DNA of 64,000 nucleotides, taken from the NCBI GenBank assembly GCA_032718475.1, contig JAUCBJ010000852.1, positions 1 through 64,000 on the forward strand. The letters are read 5' to 3'. A program made the translations under genes and the position numbers. This document shows positions 12,869 through 25,549 of this stretch, one piece after another. Positions within the stretch are counted from its first letter, which is position 1; each line of letters starts with the position of its first letter. Source of the stretch: Nemertoderma westbladi. Its lineage: Eukaryota > Animalia > Xenacoelomorpha. The notes under the pieces are model-generated. The model ran no database searches. It was not told where the DNA came from and was given only the letters and a program-made list of their open reading frames with translations.

Positions 12869-14540
12869 GTGAATGAAGGCCTACCTGTAAGAATGCTACA
12901 AAAACAGTGGCACAGTGGAATAATAGTAACATCAGTACAGTATGTGAGGTGTGAAAGTACTATGAGCGCTATTAAAATTAAAATTGAACTACAAGAAATC
13001 ATACCAGTAACTTCCGGGTAGAACTGAGTTATGAGTTCACAACCCAAAGAGACTTAAATAAATGTGTGAAGTACAGGTACATGGTTTAGATAGAAAGATC
13101 GAAGTAGCAATAGGAACCAGCGGCCAAACCAAGAAGCTATCAGTGGTTGAGCAATCTATCAGTTTTTACTTTCCTTTTCTATTACAAATTTCCAGTTTTT
13201 ACTTTCCTTTTTTATTAGGCCTACCAGACTTTACTTGCCGTTTTTTCTTACTGGTTTTCTTCCCATTTCTTTATTATTAGTTTTTACATTCTTATTTTAT
13301 CACCAGTTTTTAAATGCCTTTTTTAACCTGGTTTTTACTATTCATTTTTTCTTTATTGCCTATAAAAGTTTTGACTTTCCTTTTTAATTACCATGATTTA
13401 TTTGCCTTTTTCTTACTGTTTTTTACTACTGTATCTTTTTCTAACAAATACAGTATATATTACCACCCTATATAAGGCTCCTATTATTATAACAAGTACT
13501 TCTACTACGGTACTGAGAGTTTCAGTGTTTACCATTCAATATTATGTATTACCTTGCCTAAGCTTAATATACTGCTGTACTGATCGAGGTCATGTTTTAT
13601 ATATACAGTATATAATATTTCTGTTCTGCCATTCCTGAACATTCAGAACATATAGGAACTGATCTAGGGATATAACTTTTATTGACGCAATGGTGGGACT
13701 ATTTCCGCCATCACAATATATACTCAAATATACTACCCCCCCCCCCCATCCCGTCTCAATAGGGCTCCTATCTGTGCCCCCAGCTCATTTCTCCATTACA
13801 ACCTTTATAAAGTATTAGTTAACATAACCAGGTATTGTATTAGTCAACCAATAAGTAAAGTGATATTAACCTTTATTGGTGTTACAGTGGATTGTGTGGG
13901 CTCTACATCATACAGTAGGGGCCTACCATAATTGTGGTTAGGCCCAATCACGCAATCACCTGCTTTAATTTAGTTGTTTGTGATTGGTTACAGCCAACAG
14001 CTGCTCTGTTAATTAAATTTAAGTAGTATAAGAAGAGCGATGAAAATGTTTCTCCTATCCATTTGTGCCAGCCACTTCATGTATTTTCAATATGGCAGCT
14101 ACCCACAAATCGCGTTTTAATCTATCAAACCCTGATTTTACCAAGGTTTGTCCTGTGGGGCACCTCCACGAGGTTGCCATTGTCGGTTCATCCCACCCGG
14201 ATCATCTCTTTGATTTCATCCAGCGTGAGCCAAATGCTGACAACAACTTTGGGCTCTCCCCGACAGTTGCCAATGTTCGTTTTCAGTGCGGATTGGGTCG
14301 TGTATTCGAAACACATAACGCCCAGAACATCATGCACTCATGGGAGTGTAATCCCTGTATCATTGTTTTGATGTTTGGAGGGAATGAGCTCTGCGATCCT
14401 AACAAGACCGTGGAATTTGTTGCTTCTAAATTAAAAACTCTGATATGGGATTACGCGAGCCTGGGTGCTGTTTATGGCATCATATCTGGCTCAAAATTCA
14501 ATATTTGAAGTGGGGTTGCAATATTTAAAAAAATTACAAA

Positions 14541-15069
14541 ATATTGACACAGTTCAGTTTAAATATTGACACAGTACAATATAATATTGACACAGTACAA
14601 TATAATATTGACACAGTACAATATAATATTGACACAGTACAGTATTATATTGACACAGTACAGTATAATATTGACGCAGTACAGTTTAAATATTGACACA
14701 GTACAGTATAATATTAACACAGTACAGTTTAAATATTGACACAGTACAGTTTAAATATTGACACAGTACAGTATAATATTGACACAGTACAGTATAATAT
14801 TGACACAGTACAGTATAATATTGACACAGTACAGTTTAAATATTGACACAGTACAGTATAATATTGACACAGTACAGTTTAAATATTGACACAGTACAGT
14901 ATAATATTGACACAGTACAGTTTAAATATTGACACAGTACAGTTTAAATATTGACACAGTACAGTATAATATTGACACAGTACAGTTTAAATATTGACAC
15001 AGTACAGTTTAAATATTGACACAGTACAGTTTAAATATTGACACAGTACAGTTTAAATATTGACACAAT
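14541..15069 (+). repeat. 21/22-bp minisatellite within left TIR (atattgacacagtacagt[tta/at]a, ~24 units)
   Basis: Directly visible; inverted counterpart at 21441-21908. Confidence 0.95.
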
Positions 15070-15718
15070 ATGAAATGACAATTCAAATTTCCCTCTCCAT
15101 ACATGTACTATTTTTATTGGATTTAATCCACAATGTAGCAGTATGCAGTACTGCATACTGCAGTACACTGCATTACTTATACCCAGCAGTACTGCAGTTT
15201 AGTTCTGTACAACAGTAGCCTACTACAGTACTAAGGCCTACTGCAGTTCCATGGTTCCATTCCTGTAGGCCCACTGCTGTACTGTAAATAATGACTCAAT
15301 GCTGCAATGACTGGCACGCATACACAACACTGCAGCACTACCCATGACCCATACCGCAGTACCGTGAATCGGTCCGCTGGTAGCCTTCCTTATTGTGCCG
15401 CTACAGCGCTATAGCTGTATGGTGCTACCGGCTGGCTGCAATTCATTTACATTTATTATGAACAATTTACTACATTTCTACACCAGGCTGCAAATTGAGT
15501 TCAAAAATCGCAACACATTGTGCAAGATTTAAATAAAATGTCTAAAAAATAACAAGTGCTGGTTGAGCACAGATTTGCCATACATTTTTACTAATACGCT
15601 CACAAGACAATGTGATTTTTGCACCCTATTTGCAGCCTGGTTTACCGGTAGCACGTACCTCTTTTGCTCTTTAGCAAGTTAGACAGTTAGAATTTATTTT
15701 TGTTATAATATAGTAGGA

Positions 15719-18700
15719 ATGGAATGTGGAATAGATCGCCACAGGTTCTGTTCATTAGATGGCTACGAATTTCGGGATGGAGATAACCGGTGTGCAATAT
15801 GCAATACTCCACGAGGAACTTTACCTCAACCCAATTGTGTCCAAGACATAGCAGTAGCACCAACACTGAGACCTAATGATAATCAGTCCATTGCGGTTCC
15901 ATTAATGCCAACAGGCCTTACTAACAATAGAATCCGCAGTGGAACTCTTCAGGAAGTTTCCCGTTGTTTTGCCCCTTACCAAGTGTCAACACCAGTTTTG
16001 AGTCCTCCTTACACCTTTAATCCGAGCTCTACACGTTACCAGAGACATAGTTTCGGGAATAGAAATGCATCCAGTAGGCACTGTGTCAATAGTAGAAATG
16101 GAACTGGAACTTCTCGTTCAAGTAAGCCTAGTCCTCCATCGCAAGAAAGAGTTGAGAGTGAATATATTCGCGAAGTAAAGATACTTAGGCCTTTCCATGA
16201 TAATGAAAAAACAACACTACATGGTTCAGTTGTTTGGAAATATTCTGTACTTAAATTTGGCTTATCCGACACTGCTGATGAAATAGAACATAAAATAATA
16301 AAAATCCTATGTGATCTCAACATTAATACAGACACTTCCATGGTTAATAATTCAAGCTATCGGTTCGTTAAATGTGCCAGAGTAAATGTTCATGATTGGA
16401 ATCTGGGTCCAGAGTTTCACTTTGACGGAAGATCTCTCAATCAACTTTACCGGAGAATGCCAATCTATATTCAGCTTAAAGATAATCCAGAGCCCGAGTC
16501 CGTTGAAACAGATGATATGGAGACAGCAAGGCCAGCACGATCTCGGCAAACAACATTACCTGTCTATTTAGAAGACTACGACTTAACAAATGAAGGCAAT
16601 GACAATGGTAATTTTAATGTTGAAGATCGAGATGGTGATGTCGATGTGGATCTGGATGTAGTCATTAACGCATTATGTCCTAATGATAATTTTCACAACT
16701 AGGTATGATGTTTGCCATGTGTGTTATCCATGGGGAACAGATGGTAGGAATGGTTCATCCATTAGTTGGTCGTTACATCACTTACGATGAAGTGGAAGAT
16801 GGCTTGAACTTCTTAGAGAATATTAACAAGGTTCCTCCAATGATTGTAGACTTCTTAATAACAAGTTGTGTCTCTGATGAGTTTCAATATAAGGCAAACG
16901 AACTTGGTCTCATACCAAACAGCAGTGAGTCACATCCAAATAGACGAAAGTTTGCTAATTTATTTCTAAAATCTCTCCTCTTAGCAAACATATCGGCGAT
17001 AGACTCACTGAAAGTAGAATTTCTCAAATTCTTTCGAACATCTGTTCCCAATGCCCCTGCCCTGATCATATAATCTATAAAGTTTTATCGTGAGACCTAA
17101 TGATAATCAGTCCATTGCGGTTCCATTAATGCCAACAGGCCTTACTAACAATAGAATCCGCAGTGGAACTCTTCAGGAAGTTTCCCGTTGTTTTGCCCCT
17201 TACCAAGTGTCAACACCAGTTTTGAGTCCTCCTTACACCTTTAATCCGAGCTCTACACGTTACCAGAGACATAGTTTCGGGAATAGAAATGCATCCAGTA
17301 GGCACTGTGTCAATAGTAGAAATGGAACTGGAACTTCTCGTTCAAGTAAGCCTAGTCCTCCATCGCAAGAAAGAGTTGAGAGTGAATATATTCGCGAAGT
17401 AAAGATACTTAGGCCTTTCCATGATAATGAAAAAACAACACTACATGGTTCAGTTGTTTGGAAATATTCTGTACTTAAATTTGGCTTATCCGACACTGCT
17501 GATGAAATAGAACATAAAATAATAAAAATCCTATGTGATCTCAACATTAATACAGACACTTCCATGGTTAATAATTCAAGCTATCGGTTCGTTAAATGTG
17601 CCAGAGTAAATGTTCATGATTGGAATCTGGGTCCAGAGTTTCACTTTGACGGAAGATCTCTCAATCAACTTTACCGGAGAATGCCAATCTATATTCAGCT
17701 TAAAGATAATCCAGAGCCCGAGTCCGTTGAAACAGATGATATGGAGACCGCAAGGCCAGCACGATCTCGGCAAACAACATTACCTGTCTATTTAGAAGAC
17801 TACGACTTAACAAATGAAGGCAATGACAATGGTAATTTTAATGTTGAAGATCGAGATGGTGATGTCGATGTGGATCTGGATGTAGTCATTAACGCATTAT
17901 GTCCTAATGATAATTTTCACAACTAGGTATGATGTTTGCCATGTGTGTTATCCATGGGGAACAGATGGTAGGAATGGTTCATCCATTAGTTGGTCGTTAC
18001 ATCACTTACGATGAAGTGGAAGATGGCTTGAACTTCTTAGAGAATATTAACAAGGTTCCTCCAATGATTGTAGACTTCTTAATAACAAGTTGTGTCTCTG
18101 ATGAGTTTCAATATAAGGCAAACGAACTTGGTCTCATACCAAACAGCAGTGAGTCACATCCAAATAGACGAAAGTTTGCTAATTTATTTCTAAAATCTCT
18201 CCTCTTAGCAAACATATCGGCGATAGACTCACTGAAAGTAGAATTTCTCAAATTCTTTCGAACATCTGTTCCCAATGCCCCTGCCCTGATCATATAATCT
18301 ATAAAGTTTTATCGTGTTCCTTTGAAACTAAGTTAGCAACAATCTGGGACAGGACCACGTACCTTAATCGATCAGATGTAGGTTGCAATTTGTACAATAG
18401 AGAGGATGATATAATATATTATATTGGCTCAGTTTTCGATTATCTCGATGAAGGTAACTCATTAACTGATGGAAACTTGGTTTTAACGAAGAAACAGCTC
18501 TTACAGTGGCTGTTTGGCTCTACTAGTCCCGTTATGACAGCCAACTTAACCGTAATCTTTAAATCCTGTAGTTATAGTGATGGCTGCAGGTGTCGTTTGA
18601 CATATTCCACTTGTGCCAAACAACTTATAATCCCACGCCATATAATCTCAGAGGACGGAATGAAACAACAGTTTATTAATTCATATTTCGAATCTGGCGC

Positions 18701-18719
18701 AGGATTTGGGAGAATATGA
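15719..18719 (+). CDS. Transposon passenger gene: N-terminal Cys motif, acidic linker, HECT E3 ubiquitin ligase-like C-terminus; probably spliced, disrupted by a 1224-bp tandem duplication
   Basis: N-lobe-like GMMFAMCVIHG (16703/17927, after an AG) and C-lobe LLQWLFGS..F..C..CRLTYSTCAKQLIIP.H..GAGFGRI* (18390-18719) with the catalytic-type TC and terminal GFG. Exon structure uncertain. Confidence 0.65.
15867..18314. repeat. 1224-bp near-perfect tandem duplication (15867-17090 / 17091-18314)
   Basis: Identical ORF translations offset by 1224; I saw one synonymous difference (gagacagca vs gagaccgca); TG microhomology at the junction. Confidence 0.95.
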
Positions 18720-19413
18720 CTGAGTACTGGTACTTACTCCTGAACATTGAAAATATTAATAGATTCATAGATTGTTTTAGTGTTTTTTCATAGCTACATT
18801 ATAATGTCTGTGTCATTTGTACAGTACCTCGTGCTGCGCGAAGTCATGATCCATACCGAATTTAATTAAAAAATAATCGATCTTGGTTTCAATGTTTGGG
18901 TAGCAAGATGGACTTGAAATTCGGCATGGGATCAAGTCTCTCAGCGCCAGTTGTGACTGAGATCCAAGTGTATGTAGCCAATAACTTAGAGTATGATTAA
19001 CAGTGTAACAATGTAACCCATAATTTAGAATATAATTAATATTATTATTGTGAAAATTTATGAAACGCGAGAAAGCTGATGTCTGTGCCGCGCCCCCCCC
19101 CCCCCCCCCCCCCTGTCTCCAAGTGTGAGAGGAAGAAAATACGTTACATACTGTATTTTTAGACTAAATAATTGGTTTGGGCAGTGGCGTACCCAGGGGG
19201 GTCTGAAACTGAAAAACGGGTTTATTCGAACTGAAACAGAAACCTAAGTGTCCTCAGCAGTTGATAGCATATTATTAGCAAATATTAGATCTGTTAGAGA
19301 TATATGGAAGAAGATATTTTTTAAATAAAAAAAAAGTAATACAAAATAATATGAACAATTTGTTTTTATATTACATACTAACTAAATGTGTTTACACTTA
19401 ACAATATATTGTT

Positions 19414-21289
19414 TTAACAATCATCCAGATGGGCAATAGCACGTCTGCAGTCTATATAATATTGAAGTCCATAATCCCTACAGACTATTGTAGGATCTGG
19501 AACAGTATTACTCAATATTGTGAGCAAAGCACTGTCCCCTGCGGTGTCTATGGCATCATCTACATCAACATAAGAAACATCTTCGTCTGTGACTGGTCCC
19601 TCCCAATCTATACCGTAACTATGTATTTCATGCACGTTAAGCGATTCGTTAATGGGCCCTGTTGATCGAATATTGTCTCGAATACAACTGTTTGTAAAAA
19701 TTCGATTTGGTGACCAATTATTCTCTGTGCGAATTGGATGGGCATTCCATCCGCAAGAAAATTCATATAGTGATCTGTTCAGTCGCGGTATAAATATATA
19801 ATGTAGTATAACTAAATCAGAGTGGTTATCAAAATTAAGTAATGAGTTTTGCTCTAAGAAGTAAAATAAATTGTAGTATAAATGACATACTACTCTAAAT
19901 ACATCACGCCATAGCCGCTCTATACGCTGGTTATGGGTGCTCCGGCCAGCAATATAGCTTCCTCTATCTGTTCCTTGGTATTCGATCATCCAATAAGCGA
20001 CTCGGCGATTTTCGCCACCTTTGTCACCACGAACTCTTGATGGAACTCCAAACAAATTGATTGCTTCGATGAAGGACGTAAACACAGTCTCTGCACGGTT
20101 ATTTGAACTGGCTCGTAGATATACTATCGACCGAGAGTATCCATCAACTCCTCCATGAATAATAATACCCCATCTGTATAACAATTAAAATATAAAATAA
20201 ATATAATCTAAGACCAATATAAATAAATACTGTATGTATAGTTATGAACAGTAAAACACTACTGTATATATAATACAGTAATATACCGGTAGCTTAATTG
20301 GTGGATGTCTATTAAGTGAAGTTCCGTGTTCAAATCCCACTCGCCACCATTTTGCAAAGGGATTTTCACTATCCAAACTGAAAATCTGTATCATCAATAA
20401 TTATTGTTTATTGTATAAGATATTTAGGATTGGGCCTAATTTAAATGCTTACAAAAAAGCAAACCAACCTTATCAAACTGTGATGTCCATCTATGTGCCA
20501 CAGAGAATTTGCCCCAGGAACAAAGTATTTCCTTCGGGTGACAAGGGCGCCCCATCGTTGAGAAGATAAAACAGGGTCAAGTTCAGTTAGAATTCTGTGA
20601 ACTCTATTCATCTGTACTTTAATTCCCTTCGCCTTTAGGATTCCATACACCAACTTACAACCGGCGTGTGTATATTGTCCATGTATTTCAACAATTACTG
20701 ATTTTAATTCCTCATCTGTCATATCTGTGTACTCCCCGGCAGCTTGTATATCAAATTCGGTGACCCTCCTTGTTATAGTAGACCTACTCACCCCAAAGAT
20801 ATTTGAAATATCCACCCAAGTAAAGCCCATTTCTCGCAGGTTTACTAATAATTCTTTAGATATATCATAAGACGGCCGCCCAGAACTTCTACTCGAAACA
20901 CTGCCACCTGATGGCGAACTCAAGGTATTTACAGTTACCGCTACTGGTACACTAAGTCTCATAGGAGATGTGCAGCACGGGGATAAATTCATATCATCCG
21001 GAGCAATGGCAAGAAACCAACGCTTCCAACTCAGTAAGTCTGTTAGGAGTTGTGGTAAACATCTGAATGGGTTGATACCGGTATCACTAAAATTACGTAA
21101 TATAATTTCTATTGTAGTAATGAAGTGTTCCAATGATCGCACAAGAAAATCGTATTGGAAGTCGTCTTGTGATAGTGAATTGTCCCTCGCAAAGCGTAAA
21201 CATGACTCAAGAACTTTCTCTAAATCTCGCAGAAAGAGCTCAGATCCACTAACTACAGACGCCGGCAGGTCATCCATATCATATGTCAT
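19414..21289 (-). CDS. DDE transposase (integrase-core, IS3EU type), two exons 21289-20469 and 20173-19414, apparently intact (~526 aa)
   Basis: GT-AG intron 20468-20174 joins LWHIDGHHSLIR to WGIIIHGGVDGYSR; RVRGDKGGEN; STHNQRIERLWRDV; N-terminal HTH (GFTWVDISNIFGVSRSTITRR). Confidence 0.88.
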
Positions 21290-21440
21290 ATATCTCTGTA
21301 TCTTTCTAACAGTCTGTTCACGGTCAGACAGTAGGCCTAATTTAGTTATAGTAATACTGCTGTACACTGGTACAACATCCCACTTTATATCCAATCAAAG
21401 GGGATGTGCGTGGGGTAGAGGGAAATTTGAATTTCCATTT

Positions 21441-21908
21441 CATATTGTGTCAATATTTAAACTGTACTGTGTCAATATTTAAACTGTACTGTGTCAATAT
21501 TTAAACTGTACTGTGTCAATATTATACTGTACTGTGTCAATATTTAAACTGTACTGTGTCAATATTTAAACTGTACTGTGTCAATATTATACTGTACTGT
21601 GTCAATATTTAAACTGTACTGTGTCAATATTATACTGTACTGTGTCAATATTATACTGTACTGTGTCAATATTATACTGTACTGTGTCAATATTATACTG
21701 TACTGTGTCAATATTTAAACTGTACTGTGTCAATATTTAAACTGTACTGTGTTAATATCATACTGTACTGTGTCAATATTTAAACTGTACTGCGTCAATA
21801 TTATACTGTACTGTGTCAATATAATACTGTACTGTGTCAATATTATATTGTACTGTGTCAATATTATATTGTACTGTGTCAATATTTAAACTGAACTGTG
21901 TCAATATT
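21441..21908 (-). repeat. 21/22-bp minisatellite within right TIR (~22 units)
   Basis: Reverse complement of 14541-15069, including the same rare variant units. Confidence 0.95.
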
Positions 21909-23136
21909 TTGTAATTTTTTTAAATATTGCAACCCCACTTCAAATATTGAATTTTGAGCCAGATATGATGCCATAGCTGTTGTCCTGTGGTTGCATGTGT
22001 TTCCACGTTTCATGGCTCGAAATGGGCTTGCGTTGCAGGTGGATTTTGAAGAGAGAAGGGTGGCGTTGAATGCAGAGATGGACTCGTGGTTGTGTCGGAC
22101 ATCCACTGCCTCCGCTATCGTCCTGCAAGGATGTTTGAACGTGCCGACCCGGGGTGCCCTGGATCATCTGAGTGATATGGGGCAGTGGAAGCTGTACCAT
22201 GCCGTCATGAATGCGCTTCTTACTGCAGTGTGGCGCCTGCAGTAAGATAGCAAACAGGGCCCTCGGGCATTGCATTGCCCCATTATTGGGGCATTACTCC
22301 TGCCTGCCTGCCTCCCTTTGTTACTTTGAAATGGCCTGAATGTGAGGCCTTTCGAAGGATTAATGCAGTATGGTAATTGTACTGTAAAGGGTTATGATTT
22401 TGTTTACTTGTTAAGTATTTCTTAATATTGCTTAAAAACAAGTAAACATGTGTAAACAAATAAATCAAACATAATATTAGGCATATACAATTCTTATTGT
22501 AGCCAACATTTCACATTTTTATTGGGGTATTTACACTAAGAATACATGCTTGCAATTACTGGCTACACCGGACTGCTTCTAGCTCTACAGTATGCATATG
22601 ATCGTTGAATCTGAAGATGTTGATCTCAGTTAAATAGGATTTACCTCAATATTAGTTTATTGTTTTGTTGTATCTCAACAAGACTCTTTAACCCGATTTT
22701 TTTACTAATCCATTAATATACAGGCGTACAGGTACACGTAGGTGGCGGTGTGAAATTAACACACATTTAACTCAGACCCCCCCCCCCCCCCCCCCACCGC
22801 CCGTTTTCTTGACTTCTGGACGTACTGTAATAGAGATTTTTTCCGTACCGGATATGTGTAATTGATTAATGAAACAATAATTGATTAATTTCCCTAAGTT
22901 TGAACTATTCTGTTATTTCCTTTTTAGATTGTTGCATTAGCTACCCAATAGCTTATCTTCCAACAATTACACTGACTTGTTTCCATGGCTAACTATAATC
23001 ATTTTCAGATTCATCAACATACATTTGATATTTTTAAATTCAATGCTGGTAAGTGATACCGGTTAGCTAACAGTAACTAATCAGAATAAATTAATGTCAG
23101 TTTAAATATCTCTGTCTGTTTTATGCTATTATAGTA

Positions 23137-24599
23137 CAGTCCCAATCCCAATAAACTTTAACTTGGTCGTTTTGGCGGCCAAAATGACCAAAATCACCAA
23201 AAAAATGCAGTGTATTCCTATGGGCTACTTGGTCGTTTTGGCGAAGCGATTTAACTCGAATCAGCTAAGTCCAGACATTCAGTCTCCTTGGCCATCCATT
23301 TGGTGGATCTGACTAAATGTTGGCTCGCTTTCATTTTTATTATTGACAGATTGTTAACTTACCTGGCGCTGAGCCTTGCAGTACTGGAGTCCGCCCACTG
23401 AGGCATTGATAGAGTAGACATTCTTATAAAAGGAGTTGAATGGGGCTTTGTTAAAGGAGGAGTATGTATAATAATCTGAACGTCCCGAAATTAATTTATG
23501 GACGTCCCGAAATTAACTTATGGACGTCCTGAAATTAATTTATGGACGTCCCAAAATTAATCTATCAACCAATCAGAATCGTAATGAAATAACTAATTAA
23601 TGGACGTCCATAAATTAATTTCGGGATGGTAATTTCGGAAATTAATTTCAATAATATTTTTTTTAATAATAAAATTTTTTTTTAATATTTTTTTACAATG
23701 TATAATTCGCGGACACTGCGGGGTGACTACAAAACAAAGACCCAATTATAACGACCTACATAATCTTGTTACATGTGTTAACTTTCGTTAATTGTTTTGA
23801 ATCCCCCGTCACGCCTCTGTAACTTGCTCCTTTACTAACCTGCTCCTTTAAATAGCAATGGTACATAACGCTCATTGTGACCTGTACAAAACAAAGAGGT
23901 AAAGTCGCATTACGTCCCAAAGAGCGTTAGGTTCCAAAGAGCTTTAGGTCCCATTGCCAGAGAGAGTGAGGTCACATTGCCATTTAAAGGAGCAGGTTAG
24001 TAAAGAAGCAGGTTACAGAGGCGTGTTGGGGAACCAAAACAATAAACGAAAGTTAACACATGTGTTTTGTATTTGTACAGGTCTTTATTATTTGGGTCGT
24101 TGGTCTTTGTTTTGTAGTCACCCGACACTGCGGTGTTGCGTGGGGGCCACCAATCCACCCACCCACACTCAACTCCCAACTTCCTGGACACTAGGATACT
24201 GAGTAAAAGCGTCTAAAACTACTACAGGAACTCCATGACAGACTATGGGCTAGCGAGGGACTGGCGCCCTTGAACATGTAAACTGTAGTACCTACTGTAC
24301 CACCTACCTTAAAGTGACCTGTGGGACCAGCCCATTATTAGTGAGGTCGGCATTTCTCTTTATCCTGCCGCTCTCTTTGTATTACAATAGCATACAGCTA
24401 ACCAATGGCAATGGTCTACCCCCAGTGCGGATTTATATCTGCCATCATCCTGGGCTTTACTTACACTCAGCCTATATTCACTGGCTGTGATTGACAAGCC
24501 AACTTGCCTCAGAAGTTGAATGCCGCAATTTATATTTGGCCATTTTGGTCGTTTTGGCCGCCAAAATGACCAAGTTTATGTTTATTGGGATTGGGACTG
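23137..24599. mobile_element. Non-autonomous Tc1/mariner(pogo)-type element with ~58-bp TIRs
   Basis: TA|CAGTCCCAATCCCAATAAAC..TTGGTCGTTTTGGCGGCCAAAATGACCAAAAT ... ATTTTGGTCGTTTTGGCCGCCAAAATGACCAAG..TATTGGGATTGGGACTG|TA; TA flanks at 23135-23136 and 24600-24601. Confidence 0.8.
23721..24123. mobile_element. Mutator-like MITE nested in the previous element
   Basis: Long imperfect TIRs GGGTGACTACAAAACAAAGACC...GGTCTTTGTTTTGTAGTCACCC; perfect 9-bp TSD GACACTGCG (23712-23720, 24124-24132). Confidence 0.82.
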
Positions 24600-25115
24600 T
24601 ACTCATATAATTTGAGATTTTTAGCACTGTCGCCTACATTTTAAATGGTTTTCTCAGTAACGTGGTATGTATGTTTCCTCAATTGGTAGCGGGATTGTAT
24701 TGTATATTGGTTTGGTTAGAAAAACGGGCATCTGTAACCTGCTTCCTTCCCTCAATTGTTTTGGTTGAAAAATACCTCCTTTGTAACCTGCACCTTTCCC
24801 TCAATTGTTAACAAGATTGTTTTTATTGTTTTGGTTAGAGTAGCTCGTCTCTGTAACCTGCCCCCCCCCCCCCCCCCCCCGTACATTTCCCATTGTAATA
24901 TAAAGTAACGGTAAATACATTACATACAACAGCATTAGTGGGTGAATTTGGAAGATTGATTTGCCACGACAGTGTTAAGGAATACTGGGAATCTCTATTT
25001 CCAACAGGTAATGAAGCTGTTTTTATATTATGGAACAGTAAACGTGGTATATCAACTTCTATCAAATCTGATGCACCACCAAGCATTGTGAAAATGGGTG
25101 ATGGAAGTGATTGGC

Positions 25116-25493
25116 ACGCGAACTTAAATCCTATAAGCGAACTTAGATCCTATACGCGAACCTGATCCTATACGCGAACTTAGATCCTATATGCGAACTT
25201 AGATCCTAGACGCGAACTTAGATCCTAGACGCGAAATTAGATCCTATACGCGAACTTAGATCCAGTACGCGAACTTAGATCCTAGAGGCGAACTTAGATC
25301 CTAGAGGCGAACTTAGATCCTATACGCAAACTTAGATCCTAGACGCGAACTTAGATCCTATAGGCGAACTTAGATCCTATATGCGAAATTAGATCCTAGA
25401 TGCAAACTTAGATCCTATAGGCAAACTTAGATCCTATACACGATCTTAGATCCAATACGCGAACTTAGATCCTAGATGCGAACTTAGATCCTA
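25116..25493. repeat. 19-bp minisatellite acgcgaacttagatccta(t/g), ~20 units
   Basis: Directly visible. Confidence 0.9.
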
Positions 25494-25549
25494 CAGTTTA
25501 ATTTATTTTATAACCTTATATATCGCATCATATATTAAAGAATATCCTT

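Larger units (their letters stand above)
14473..21975 (-). mobile_element. Complete IS3EU-like DNA transposon (7.5 kb)
   Basis: TIRs start TATGGCATCATATCTGGCTCAAAATTC (14473) and end ...GAGCCAGATATGATGCCATA (21975); perfect 6-bp TSD GCTGTT (14467-14472, 21976-21981); two convergent genes including an integrase-core DDE transposase. TAY..RTA ends with 6-bp TSD fit IS3EU as I recall it. Confidence 0.88.
14092..22245 (+). pseudogene. SGNH/GDSL-hydrolase-like ORF (~214 aa) split by the IS3EU-like insertion: 14092-14472 + 21982-22245
   Basis: Removing the element and one TSD joins ...YASLGAV to VLWLHVFPRF... in frame; block I VAIVGSSH, block III IVLMFGGNEL, block V-like ALDHLSDMG. Confidence 0.75.

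Noticed and set aside
14541-15069. 21/22-bp array as CRISPR or telomeric repeat
   Set aside because: No spacers; it is part of a transposon TIR with an inverted partner.
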